IMG/VR virus record: IMGVR_UViG_3300025030_000384
Coordinates: 1 to 26,017 of that record
Origin: a virus
Lineage: Duplodnaviria > Caudoviricetes
Reading direction: 5' to 3' (one strand)
DNA: 26,017 bases
The position numbers and the translations under genes are program-made. A model generated the notes under the pieces. The model did no database searches. It was not told where the DNA came from and was given only the letters and a program-made list of their open reading frames with translations. This document shows, in pieces, positions 6,512-15,420 of the stretch (the stretch's first letter is position 1; each line of letters opens with the position of its first letter).

Positions 6512-7578
6512 TCTACGCACACACCATCACCTACCCGGAACTCCTCGCCTCCAAGGAGGCGGTAACAGACCTGCAGGGGCGTATGATCGGCGGGCCTGAC
6601 ACGAAGACAGTGGACGAGATAACGAAGTGGAGCCTCTGGGGCAAAGCCGTGGTATCCGCCGCTAAGAAGCCCGGTGTCGTGCCCCCTGATGTAATGAAGT
6701 ATTTCCAGGCGACCAAGCATCTGAGCCGCCCGCCCAAGGAGGGTGACTTGAATATTCTAGGAGACGGGCTGATTGAGGATGCGTTGGTGATTAAGGATGT
6801 AGCGGATTTTATGAAAAGTCCTGATGTACCTCCTTATGAATTGCCGGAAATCGTTATAAAACCATTCAAACCCCCCCGCTTCACATGGAGTTACACGTCC
6901 ATGCAGGAGTTCCTCACCTGCCCCGCTCAGTGGGCCGCCAAGCGGTACTACAAGACGATCAAAGACGTTCCGGGCGAAGCAATGCGCGTCGGAAACCTCA
7001 TCCACGAGACGGCAGAGCACTACCTGAAAAGCAAGATCGGCCAGTCGTTCAAGCCGTCATCCATCCACGGCGCATATCTCCCGATGGTACAGAAATACTG
7101 CGATGCGCTCGTCGCCTCAGGAGCAGAGCTACACGTCGAGAAGGAGATGTGCTTCACCGACAAGTTCAAGCCCTGCGGCTGGAAGGACTGGGACACCGTG
7201 TGGGTACGGAGCAAAGGCGACGTGCTCGCGAAAAAAGGTAATAAAATCAGTATTTTAGATTGGAAGTCAGGCAAGTTTAAAGAAGACTTCCTACAGTTAA
7301 AAATCTTCGCCATCTTCGCCGCGCTTACCCCAGGATTTGAGGACGTGCAAGAGTTCGACCCCAAGTTCATTTTCCTGAAAGAAACCGACCCTGCGAAGAA
7401 CATCCTGCGCCTACCTAAACCGATGCACCGGTCCGAGTTGAGGGCCGAACTGGCGAAGGTGCTGGAGATCGTGCGCCGGATGGAAGCCTCCTGGTCCGCC
7501 GAGGCTTTTCCCTGCAAAAAGAACGGCTTATGCCGTAACTGGTGCTCAAATACTGACTGCCCGCATTGCGGCGGGTGA
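6508..7578 (+). CDS. PD-(D/E)XK exonuclease (RecB/Cas4-like, predicted Fe-S) with N-terminal extension
   Basis: WSYTS..F.TCP, GNLIH..AE, GDV..ILDWKSG, C-terminal CxxC..C. Confidence 0.88.
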   Translation: MIYAHTITYPELLASKEAVTDLQGRMIGGPDTKTVDEITKWSLWGKAVVSAAKKPGVVPPDVMKYFQATKHLSRPPKEGDLNILGDGLIEDALVIKDVADFMKSPDVPPYELPEIVIKPFKPPRFTWSYTSMQEFLTCPAQWAAKRYYKTIKDVPGEAMRVGNLIHETAEHYLKSKIGQSFKPSSIHGAYLPMVQKYCDALVASGAELHVEKEMCFTDKFKPCGWKDWDTVWVRSKGDVLAKKGNKISILDWKSGKFKEDFLQLKIFAIFAALTPGFEDVQEFDPKFIFLKETDPAKNILRLPKPMHRSELRAELAKVLEIVRRMEASWSAEAFPCKKNGLCRNWCSNTDCPHCGG

Positions 7579-7589
7579 GGGGGTGGGTT

Positions 7590-7679
7590 GTGACTAAAAA
7601 AGAAGAACTGGCCGTGTCCGGGATGCTGGCGACAATCGGAGTGATCGTAGTTTTATTGATAATCAGGTGGAGGGTTTAA
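7590..7679 (+). CDS. 29-aa single-TM peptide
   Basis: MTKKEELAVSGMLATIGVIVVLLIIRWRV*; GAGG upstream. Confidence 0.5.
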   Translation: MTKKEELAVSGMLATIGVIVVLLIIRWRV

Positions 7680-7680
7680 A

Positions 7681-7890
7681 ATGAACTTACCTCCTGACCA
7701 ACCAAACTTATTTTTCTAGTCGTACAGCTTCTTCGACATAGAAGCCATACCTGAAGCCTTGGTCTTCGACGAAGAAAAGGACTGTAACGATGGCGAAAGG
7801 GTTATCTGCAAAGGAACCTCGACCAGGCGAGAACTGAAAAGGCTCCCGAATCGAACCGGATATAAAGCACGTAAAGAATTTTGGAAATGA
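7681..7890 (+). pseudogene. 69-codon frame interrupted by an in-frame TAG at codon 13
   Basis: GGAGG RBS and ATG 7681; TAG 7717-7719; the same frame stays open to TGA 7890, just before the next RBS. Confidence 0.5.
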
Positions 7891-7902
7891 GAGGAGTTTA
7901 AA

Positions 7903-8109
7903 ATGAACGAAATAACCTACGAATCAGTAACCAGCGGGCATGTCGACGCCCTTGCACACGATGGAGAAGATTCTCTATACGTGCGGTTTAAGAGTGGGGA
8001 TGAGTACGCATACCACGGCGTGTCGTTCTCTGAGTTCGAGAGTATCAAGGAGAGTTCCTCCATCGGTCGGAGCCTGAACGCTTTGAGCGTTAAAGGCGTG
8101 AGGTGTTAA
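7903..8109 (+). CDS. KTSC domain protein
   Basis: V.S..V..L...LYVRFKSG..Y.Y.GV....F......SSIG pattern; 68 aa. Confidence 0.85.
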   Translation: MNEITYESVTSGHVDALAHDGEDSLYVRFKSGDEYAYHGVSFSEFESIKESSSIGRSLNALSVKGVRC

Positions 8110-8201
8110 GATGAAAGCCGCCACCTTCACAATCAAACACAAAGGCGGTATAAGAACAGACCACGCATTCGTAAACACACTAACTGCCAAGGAGGTATGT
8201 T

Positions 8202-8531
8202 TTGAGAGAGTTCGAGACTGGTGCAACGAGGAACTTAGACGACGACAAACTGGATTTCGAGGGGTTTTTGTCCCCCCTTGTGTTGGAGAGATACGCACAA
8301 TACATGAACAAACACAGAACACAGGCTGATGGAGCCATTCGCGAGTCTGACAACTGGCAAAAAGGGATACCACTAAAAGCGTATATGAAATCAGGGTACA
8401 GGCATTTTTTCGATTGGTGGAAACACCACCGAGAAATACCTGCAGCAGAGGCTCTCGAAGAATCGTTGTGCGCGTTGTTGTTCAACGTGATGGGGTATCT
8501 TCACGAGGTTTTGAAAAGGAAGGCATTATGA
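8202..8531 (+). CDS. dATP/dGTP diphosphohydrolase-like (DUF5664-type) protein
   Basis: REFETGATR..., NWQKGIP..Y.KS..RH, L.ALLFN; TTG start after GGAGG. Confidence 0.75.
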   Translation: MREFETGATRNLDDDKLDFEGFLSPLVLERYAQYMNKHRTQADGAIRESDNWQKGIPLKAYMKSGYRHFFDWWKHHREIPAAEALEESLCALLFNVMGYLHEVLKRKAL

Positions 8532-8698
8532 CCCTCAAGCACTATAAACCCGGAGATCCTGAGTTCGAGGAGCTGTGTCGTAAGATCACACCGCTTGACA
8601 GGATTCGTAAAGGACTCAGCCAGGAGTCGAACGGTCTTGAGAACTCGAATCGTTTGGTAGGCTGGAGAATGGTCGGGACTGATCGGGGGACGAGATGA
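8528..8698 (+). CDS. Small hypothetical protein
   Basis: ATGA overlaps at both ends; MTLKHYKPGDPEFEE... Confidence 0.6.
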   Translation: MTLKHYKPGDPEFEELCRKITPLDRIRKGLSQESNGLENSNRLVGWRMVGTDRGTR

Positions 8699-9036
8699 CG
8701 CCCGAAGGAAAGGTTAAGGCGGAATTGAAAGCGTACCTCAAGTCAATAGGGTGTGTAGCCACTGCACAAGCCCCTACGGCAACAACCACGTCGTACACCG
8801 GCTGGTATTTTATGCCTGTGGGGGGATATATGAGTGGAGTTTCGGGAGTCCCCGACTTCATCGGCCAGTACATGGGCCGCTTCTTCGCCATCGAGACGAA
8901 GGTGAAAGGCAAGAACCCTACGGCGCTCCAGCAGCACCAGATCACCGCGATTAACCTCTCAGGAGGCAAGGCGTTCGTCGTTCGCGGCGAAGGGGATCTC
9001 GGGGAATTTAAGGAGTGGGTGAAAAGCTTAAAATAA
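8695..9036 (+). CDS. VRR-NUC domain nuclease (putative resolvase)
   Basis: MTPEGKVK, GVPDF, FAIETK, PTALQ, GG.AFVV. Confidence 0.92.
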   Translation: MTPEGKVKAELKAYLKSIGCVATAQAPTATTTSYTGWYFMPVGGYMSGVSGVPDFIGQYMGRFFAIETKVKGKNPTALQQHQITAINLSGGKAFVVRGEGDLGEFKEWVKSLK

Positions 9037-9039
9037 TTC

Positions 9040-9068
9040 TTGTAAAGTTCTTAACTACATGCTACTCT
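9040..9068 (+). promoter_or_regulatory. Putative sigma70 promoter (extended -10) with operator-like palindrome
   Basis: TTGTAA-17-TACTCT preceded by TGn; GTAAAGTTCTTAAC at 9042-9055. Confidence 0.55.
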
Positions 9069-9075
9069 CCGAACC

Positions 9076-9249
9076 ATGAAAACTTTAATTGTGGCGGCAT
9101 GTCTTTTACTCGTAGTTCATAGGCTGGATAAGATTGATCGGAAGCTGGACGCTACGCGCCTGGAGGCGCGAACGGCCTCCACACTTGTCCAATACTGGCT
9201 CCCGCCCCTCGGGGCTGATCGTGTGTCTTGTTCGAGGTGTCACAGATAA
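9076..9249 (+). CDS. 57-aa protein with hydrophobic N-terminus and C-terminal CxxCH (not in ORF track)
   Basis: MKTLIVAACLLLVVHRLDKIDRKLDATRLEARTASTLVQYWLPPLGADRVSCSRCHR*; fills the gap; ATG lies at the expected +1 of the promoter. Confidence 0.6.
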   Translation: MKTLIVAACLLLVVHRLDKIDRKLDATRLEARTASTLVQYWLPPLGADRVSCSRCHR

Positions 9250-9269
9250 AGATTTTAAGGAGGATGCCC

Positions 9270-9434
9270 ATGAGCCCACCAAATTTCGTTACCCACAAGA
9301 ACCTGCCGGAGTTTAAGAAGCTGTATGTCGAGGCAATAAGACGGGACGAGAAAGTGTTCGTATTCCACGGTCAGGACATCCTCGTGGCGTATGCCAAGTA
9401 TGTGATTGAGTATTTTGAAGGGGCGAAGAAATGA
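9270..9434 (+). CDS. Small conserved phage hypothetical protein
   Basis: AAGGAGG RBS; FKKLY..A....F.F.G...LV.YAKYVIEY pattern. Confidence 0.7.
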   Translation: MSPPNFVTHKNLPEFKKLYVEAIRRDEKVFVFHGQDILVAYAKYVIEYFEGAKK

Positions 9435-9751
9435 GGCTTGTAATCCTTGAAAGCCCCTACGCCGGAGACGTACCCACGAACGTAGCCTATGCCCGACGCG
9501 CTTTGCGCGATTCACTGCTTCGCGGGGAAGCTCCAATAGCTTCACATCTTCTTTATACACAACCAGGAGTACTGGACGACGGCGTACCTGATGAGCGAAC
9601 ACACGGGATAAACGCAGGACTAGCTTGGAGACGGGTAGCCGAGGCAAGTGTGGTTTACACGGATTTGGGTGTATCCAAAGGCATGGAATACGGCATCGCC
9701 GAGGCGGCTGCCGCAGGCATTTATATTGAATATCGTAGCATAGGAGCGTAG
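9431..9751 (+). CDS. Nucleoside deoxyribosyltransferase-like fold protein (ESPYAG family)
   Basis: VILESPYAGD, GEAPIASHLLYTQ, GVSKGM.YGI. Confidence 0.75.
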   Translation: MRLVILESPYAGDVPTNVAYARRALRDSLLRGEAPIASHLLYTQPGVLDDGVPDERTHGINAGLAWRRVAEASVVYTDLGVSKGMEYGIAEAAAAGIYIEYRSIGA

Positions 9752-9753
9752 AC

Positions 9754-10251
9754 ATGGGTGCAAAAGGCTTCACACACGACGACGCAAATAATAAATCGGT
9801 GGACTGGTACACACCACCATGGATCTTCGAAGGCTTAGGGCTCACCTTTGACCTCGATCCCTGCTCCCCTGAGGGAGGTGTACCGTGGATACCGGCAACC
9901 AGAAGGTATTCGCTCAAGGATGACGGCCTCGCATCCCCATGGGAAGGCAGGGTGTGGCTCAACCCCCCATACGGCAAACACACACCAGCATGGCTGGAGA
10001 AGATGCACCATCATCGTAACGGCATCGCACTGGTGTTCGCCAGAACAGATTGCAAGTGGGCACACGACTATATTTTTAACGCTGACGCACTTCTCTTCTT
10101 GTCCGGCAGGGTGAAGTTTGTCGATGGTCTCGGTGCAACCGGAGGAAGTGGCGCAGGGTGTGGGTCTATGCTTGCAGCATGGGGTGACGAGTGTGTATCG
10201 GCGTTGAAAAGATTGTCAGGGAAGGGGAAGTTTCTAGGGCGTCACAAATGA
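9754..10251 (+). CDS. Phage DNA N6-adenine methyltransferase (Dam-like family)
   Basis: WYTP, FDLDPC, WLNPPYG, ARTD, GRVKF motifs. Confidence 0.9.
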   Translation: MGAKGFTHDDANNKSVDWYTPPWIFEGLGLTFDLDPCSPEGGVPWIPATRRYSLKDDGLASPWEGRVWLNPPYGKHTPAWLEKMHHHRNGIALVFARTDCKWAHDYIFNADALLFLSGRVKFVDGLGATGGSGAGCGSMLAAWGDECVSALKRLSGKGKFLGRHK

Positions 10252-11786
10252 TACCAAGAATCATAAACGACTACATCTGCTTCACCCACCCCAAACCACT
10301 CGAAATTTACGAAGTGTTCCCGGATTTCAAGCAAGCCTGCATCGCTGGCGAGTCTGTCTGCGCTGTTCCGTTCAACCTCGACTCCGCGAGGCTACTGAAC
10401 AACATGGGTGTGCAGGTGGAGAGTCCGATACGTTCTCAGTATGATTGGCCGATCATGGCGGGGCGTACCCCTGGATGGTGGCAGGTGGACACTGCGGAGT
10501 TCCTCACGCTGAACCCGAGAGCGTTCTGCCTGAATAAGATGCGTACCCGCAAGACGCTCAGCACGCTATGGGCGATTGACTACCTCCAACGCACCGGAGC
10601 GATGGGCCGCGCTCTCATAGTCGCGCCGCTGTCCACCCTGGAGATCGTGTGGGGCGACCACATCTGGTATAACCTCCCACGGAAGAGATACGCCGTCCTC
10701 CACGGCACGGCTGAAAAACGCCGCCAGCTCCTGGCGCAGAACCATGAAATCTATATCATCAACCACGATGGAGTAGAGATCCTCCAGCAGGAACTCAGGG
10801 ATCGGACGGACATTACCCATGTCGTGATAGATGAAATAAGGGCTTTTTTCAACGCAAAAACCAAGCGATGGAAAGCGATGAAGTCCATCATCACCCCCGA
10901 AAGAACCGCCTGGGGCTTAACTGGGACGCCGACACCCAACGCACCTACTGATGCTTACGGGCAGATGAAACTGATTAAACCTGAGAACTTCACAGGACAT
11001 TTTACGCACTTTAAGAATACAGTAATGCAGCAGTTCGGACCTTTCAAATGGGTTCCACGTCGAGGGCACGAAGAGATCGTCAAGAAGTGCCTCTCCCCTG
11101 CGATCATGTTCGAACGCTCCGTCGTGACGGAGATGGAGCCACAGCTTATCGAGCGACACGCCGAACTCACACCGCAACAGGCGAAGCACCTGAATGAGTT
11201 AATGCGACAGGCGGTCACAGAGATCAACGGAACGGTGGTAACAGCGGTAAATGCGGCGGTGCTCATTCAGAAGATCGTGCAGGCGGCAGCCGGCGTAATT
11301 TACGGTGCGGGTGGCGAGGTCGTGGAGATGGACTTCGGGCCAAGGTTGAAGGTTGTCGAAGAACTCATTGCTGAGAATGAGGAGAAGGTGATTGTCTTCG
11401 CACCGTTTACCGGTGTACTGGACTCCATCGCCAGGGAGCTGTCCAAGAAGTGGTCGGTAGAGGTAGTGGACGGCGGCGTGTCGGCAGGGAAACGCGCCAA
11501 GATTTTCGGAGACTTCCAGACAAAGAAAGATCCTCACGTCCTCGTCGCACACCCAGGATGTATGGCCCACGGCCTTGAGCTGACAGCCGCGTCATTAATC
11601 GTCTGGTACGCACCACATAACAACGCTGACACCTACGGACAAGCTTGCGCACGAATCGACGGCGGCGGCCAGACGGCCAAAATCGACATCGCCCACATCA
11701 GCGCCACATCCGCAGAGCGTAAAATCTACGCCGCGCTTAGAGAGAAACGGAAGATGCAGGATGTTATTTGCGAGTTGTTTAAATAA
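10248..11786 (+). CDS. SNF2-like DEAD/DEAH-box helicase
   Basis: LIVAPLS, VIDE, GLTGTP, AHGLELT, QACARI; ATG 10248 overlaps the previous stop (ATGA). Confidence 0.9.
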   Translation: MIPRIINDYICFTHPKPLEIYEVFPDFKQACIAGESVCAVPFNLDSARLLNNMGVQVESPIRSQYDWPIMAGRTPGWWQVDTAEFLTLNPRAFCLNKMRTRKTLSTLWAIDYLQRTGAMGRALIVAPLSTLEIVWGDHIWYNLPRKRYAVLHGTAEKRRQLLAQNHEIYIINHDGVEILQQELRDRTDITHVVIDEIRAFFNAKTKRWKAMKSIITPERTAWGLTGTPTPNAPTDAYGQMKLIKPENFTGHFTHFKNTVMQQFGPFKWVPRRGHEEIVKKCLSPAIMFERSVVTEMEPQLIERHAELTPQQAKHLNELMRQAVTEINGTVVTAVNAAVLIQKIVQAAAGVIYGAGGEVVEMDFGPRLKVVEELIAENEEKVIVFAPFTGVLDSIARELSKKWSVEVVDGGVSAGKRAKIFGDFQTKKDPHVLVAHPGCMAHGLELTAASLIVWYAPHNNADTYGQACARIDGGGQTAKIDIAHISATSAERKIYAALREKRKMQDVICELFK

Positions 11787-11801
11787 GGAAAGGAGAATGG
11801 G

Positions 11802-12065
11802 ATGAAAGATTTTAATGGTCTTCTAAGGAAGTCGCCGGAAGAACGGGCTGGATACCGCGAAGCGGTCCAGAAGAGGATCGAGGCCGATCAGAAACGCAAC
11901 GAGGTAATGATCGACAAGCTGTACGACCAGATGAGTCGTGGCTGTATTGGCAACGACTGGGCCGAAGGGTTCATCGAGAACATGCATCGGAAGATCCACG
12001 GGCACATGCCTTACCTGACTGACAAAGAGCAGGCGAAACTTGAGGAGCTTTTTGAAAGGTACTAA
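11802..12065 (+). CDS. Hypothetical protein
   Basis: AAGGAG RBS; 87 aa. Confidence 0.7.
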   Translation: MKDFNGLLRKSPEERAGYREAVQKRIEADQKRNEVMIDKLYDQMSRGCIGNDWAEGFIENMHRKIHGHMPYLTDKEQAKLEELFERY

Positions 12066-12118
12066 ATAAAGGAAATACCCCCCAACCAAATAAAAATAAA
12101 ATTCTTTACAAATAAATG

Positions 12119-12154
12119 TTGACAACTTAAAAATGATTTAGTAATGTACTTAAC
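12119..12154 (+). promoter_or_regulatory. Putative sigma70 promoter with operator-like palindrome
   Basis: TTGACA-17-TAATGT with AT-rich upstream DNA; GTAATGTACTTAAC at 12141-12154. Confidence 0.65.
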
Positions 12155-12169
12155 AAGGAGGGGCGAAAA

Positions 12170-12808
12170 ATGAGCGACCCGATCATCCAGCAGATAATCA
12201 ATAAGCACCAGGCAGATCGTGAAGTCCTTCGGGAGATGCGCAAACGCCACGCGGCGGAGATACGTGAGATCGAGGAGTTCCAGGCCAAACGAGAGGCGGT
12301 GCTTCTCGAACGCGGCGACCTGACGTGCTTCGACTTCTTCGTGGACCTCTTCATCAACGGAAGAGACGGCAAGGCGGAGAAAGAAAAAGAGAAAGAGAAT
12401 ATCTCCCTTAACCAGACGAAAATAGAAGCATGGCTTCTGAAGATGCTGTCCAGCGTCGGTGAAGGCATCAAGACGGCCCACGGCACGGTGTATAAGACCC
12501 GCAAAGAGTCTGTTACTTGTGAGGATTTCGAACTGTTCGTGCGGGAAAATATGGTCAAGAGTGTGGCGAAGGTCATCGCCGAGAAACTACTCGGCGGGCA
12601 TGCACCCGAAGACGTGGCAACCATCGACTCGATCACAAACATGATTCTCGAAAACATCCACCTTGAGTTCCTGAATAAAGCTATCGCCAAAGCTCCGGTC
12701 CTCGAACTGATGGGTGAACAGGCCAAGGATGGGTCGAGACCCAATACGCCGCCATTGGGTGCGAAATATGTTGCACTCACGACCGTGGGTGTGAGGAAGT
12801 CGAAATAG
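12170..12808 (+). CDS. Conserved phage replication-module protein (coiled coil + IKTAHGTVYK)
   Basis: AAGGAGG RBS; pattern typical of the gene preceding SSB-like genes in polA-encoding phages. Confidence 0.7.
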   Translation: MSDPIIQQIINKHQADREVLREMRKRHAAEIREIEEFQAKREAVLLERGDLTCFDFFVDLFINGRDGKAEKEKEKENISLNQTKIEAWLLKMLSSVGEGIKTAHGTVYKTRKESVTCEDFELFVRENMVKSVAKVIAEKLLGGHAPEDVATIDSITNMILENIHLEFLNKAIAKAPVLELMGEQAKDGSRPNTPPLGAKYVALTTVGVRKSK

Positions 12809-12943
12809 GAATAAGTTTGAGGAGCAAGGTTTCGGGGTGTGGACAAAGCCTATTGCCGCCCGAGAAAAACTAGAAGCCGTGACACCTACTCCTCAATTCA
12901 TTTAACCCCTGCACCGCAGGACAAACCACAAGGAGAAACACAC

Positions 12944-14005
12944 ATGTCACAAGATCTCGCAACACTCACAGCACCATCGTTCCTCACAGCACTGCTCGCA
13001 TCCTGCCCCGAACTCGCTCAGATCAATCTGGACGCACTCTCGGGATCGTCCAAGCCGATGCCTCCGACAATCGTGGCCGACAAGGGCAAGTTCATCATCA
13101 AGGCCGACGGCACTGAGACGGTAATCACCTTCCCCGCCACCATGTCCAACGGCGAACCACATCCCGCAGCCGGTCAGCCTGTCGGCGTCCTTCAGGCTGT
13201 CGTGCTCAAGGGCAAGCCTGGTAAAGAGAAGTCATACTATGTGAACACCTATATGCCTGGACAGGAAGCACAGGCGCCTGACTGCTGGTCCGAGGATGGT
13301 ATCAAACCCGACCCCAGTTCCAAACTCAAGCAGTGCGACTCCTGCGCCGGTTGTGCACAGAACGCTTTCGGTTCCGGCAGGAAATCAGACGGCTCGCCCT
13401 CCGAAGGTAAGGCATGTTCCGACCGTAAGATTCTGGCAATCTTCGCCAACGGCAACGTGTACCGTTTCGCCGTGCCTCCTGCATCACTCTCCGGCAAGCG
13501 CCCCTCCGGCCTCGGCATGGCATGGGACCCCTACTGCAACCAGCTCTCCACCAAGGGCATCCCGCTCCCCGTCGTGCTGACACTTATCAGCTTCGACCAA
13601 GGAGATACTGACTATAAATTAAATTTCAACTTCGGGGGGATGCTGGCCGAGGCACAGGTCAACGCGCTAGTCAAAATGATCGACGCCCCTGAAGTCAAGG
13701 ACATCATACTCCCCCGTGGCGCGTCACAGGCGATGTTGCCTGCGCCTGCGGAGAATAAGGAACTCCCTGCTCCGGTGGCGGACCTCGACGCTGCAAGGGT
13801 TAAAGCGGAGACTGAGAAGAAAGAGAAAGCGGCAGCGACCAAGGCTGCCAAGGATAAGAAGGACGCTGAGGATAAGGCAAAAGCCGCCGCAGCTAAGGCT
13901 GCTCCTGTCGATCTCGGGCTTGGTCTGGAATTAGGAACACCTGTGGTGGCAGCCACGGCGGCTGGCCCGTCTGACGACGACCTGATTAATTCGTTGGGGC
14001 TGTAA
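12944..14005 (+). CDS. Putative ssDNA-binding/annealing protein
   Basis: AAGGAG RBS and ATG 12944; PDCWS.DG.KPD..CxxCxxN.FGS...GKAC Zn motif; Ala/Lys-rich linker; acidic tail SDDDLINSLGL. Confidence 0.7.
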   Translation: MSQDLATLTAPSFLTALLASCPELAQINLDALSGSSKPMPPTIVADKGKFIIKADGTETVITFPATMSNGEPHPAAGQPVGVLQAVVLKGKPGKEKSYYVNTYMPGQEAQAPDCWSEDGIKPDPSSKLKQCDSCAGCAQNAFGSGRKSDGSPSEGKACSDRKILAIFANGNVYRFAVPPASLSGKRPSGLGMAWDPYCNQLSTKGIPLPVVLTLISFDQGDTDYKLNFNFGGMLAEAQVNALVKMIDAPEVKDIILPRGASQAMLPAPAENKELPAPVADLDAARVKAETEKKEKAAATKAAKDKKDAEDKAKAAAAKAAPVDLGLGLELGTPVVAATAAGPSDDDLINSLGL

Positions 14006-14012
14006 AAATCTG

Positions 14013-14039
14013 AGGGGGCGGGGAGACTCGCCCCTTTTT
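14013..14039 (+). terminator. Intrinsic terminator
   Basis: GGGGGCGGG-AGA-CTCGCCCCC followed by TTTTT after the SSB-like gene. Confidence 0.75.
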
Positions 14040-14052
14040 AAAGGAGGGTAAG

Positions 14053-15030
14053 ATGGAAAAACCAAGACCTAAAATAGCAGTCCTTCGGCACTCGGATAGT
14101 GACGGCTTTGGTGCCGCGTATGCGGTGTGGAAAGCCCTGAAAGACACCTGCGAACTTCTCTTCATCCCCGTGCAGTACAGCCAAGATCCTCCACTGAACC
14201 AGCTCCGCGAGTTCGGGCCTGATAAGGTGTTTATTGTGGATTTTTCGTACAAGGCTGAGGAGCTGAGGGCTTTAAATGCTGAGTTCCCTGACCTGACGGT
14301 GTTCGACCACCACAAGACCGCACTTCCGGAGCTTCAGGCCTGGCTCCCAACCGAGTCGGTCAATCCGGGCAAAGGATCTTATTTCTTCGACGAATCCCTA
14401 TCGGGATGTGGCCTTGTGTGGAACATGTTCCACCTCGACCCTGAGTGGGATGTAGAAATTCACGAGTTCCAGCCGTCGCTCCCGATGCCTGAGATACTCT
14501 TGTATGTTCAAGATAGGGATTTGTGGCGTTTCGAGCTGGAGCATAGCAAAGAGATCAACGCCTACATCGCCACACTCCCCGAGGATTTCGAAGTCTGGGA
14601 CGACTTTTATCTGCCGGAAGCATACACCGCTGGCCGCGCCGTTCTCGCATTTCAGGACGCACAGGTGACGCGCAGGTTGAGGGATGTGAGGATGATAGGA
14701 TTTAACCCAGAAGCTAAGATGTTCGGGTTCTACCCGCCCCTATACTCAGCGGTGTTGAAAGAGTATGTGCCCCAGACCGTCGAAGTACCCTTCGTCAACG
14801 CCTCGGAGAACCAGTCGGAACTCGGAGAGGCCATGTGCAAAGCGTTTCCCACGTCGCCTTTCTCCGTGTCGTACTGTGACCGGCCTGATGGGAAGCGGAG
14901 TTATTCTTTGAGGTCGTCACGAGGATTCGATGTTTCGGCGGTCTGTAAGGCATTCGGAGGCGGAGGACACCACAAAGAAGGAAAAGGCGGCGCAGGTGGA
15001 TTTACCCTACCATCTCCCGACATCATCTAA
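14053..15030 (+). CDS. DHH/DHHA1 family phosphoesterase
   Basis: HSDSDG, VDFS, DHH, DRDLW, SLRS, GGGGH motifs. Confidence 0.92.
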   Translation: MEKPRPKIAVLRHSDSDGFGAAYAVWKALKDTCELLFIPVQYSQDPPLNQLREFGPDKVFIVDFSYKAEELRALNAEFPDLTVFDHHKTALPELQAWLPTESVNPGKGSYFFDESLSGCGLVWNMFHLDPEWDVEIHEFQPSLPMPEILLYVQDRDLWRFELEHSKEINAYIATLPEDFEVWDDFYLPEAYTAGRAVLAFQDAQVTRRLRDVRMIGFNPEAKMFGFYPPLYSAVLKEYVPQTVEVPFVNASENQSELGEAMCKAFPTSPFSVSYCDRPDGKRSYSLRSSRGFDVSAVCKAFGGGGHHKEGKGGAGGFTLPSPDII

Positions 15031-15045
15031 AAAGGACTACCCATA

Positions 15046-15330
15046 ATGACACCACCAACCTATGACTTCAACAACTTACGAGCCTTGCTGGACAAGGCAG
15101 GCATATCCATCGCTGAGGCGTCGGTGATATTCAAAACCAGCCGCCCGACACTCTATTCGTGGTGCTCCGGCAACGCCCCGACACAGGGACTCCTGCTCTC
15201 TAATGCAGAGCGGCTTATCAAAGTCATAGAGCGGGCTGTCGCGGCAGAGGATCTTCCAGTAGTAGACCTTGAAAAAGAAAAACGACTCCCCGCAATCACT
15301 GCGGAACTCCGGAAACATTTAAATTCTTAA
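15046..15330 (+). CDS. Helix-turn-helix protein (XRE-like)
   Basis: LLDKAGISIAEASVIFKTSRPTLYSW.SG. Confidence 0.8.
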   Translation: MTPPTYDFNNLRALLDKAGISIAEASVIFKTSRPTLYSWCSGNAPTQGLLLSNAERLIKVIERAVAAEDLPVVDLEKEKRLPAITAELRKHLNS

Positions 15331-15420
15331 ATAATTACTTGACACCGTATACCGGCGGGGGGTAGTTTTATCACCCCCGCCACCTTGCTATTTTATGATT
15401 CCTCTGGAGGCACAAACCAA

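Noticed and set aside
6508-7578. Cas4 of a CRISPR-Cas system
   Set aside because: No cas1/cas2 or array is present, and solo Cas4-like exonucleases are normal in polA-type phage replication modules.
7717-7719. Genome-wide TAG reassignment
   Set aside because: Several clear genes terminate at TAG and the long genes have no internal TAG.
8111-8329. 72-aa ORF
   Set aside because: It overlaps the well-supported 8202-8531 gene by 128 nt and has no recognisable motif.
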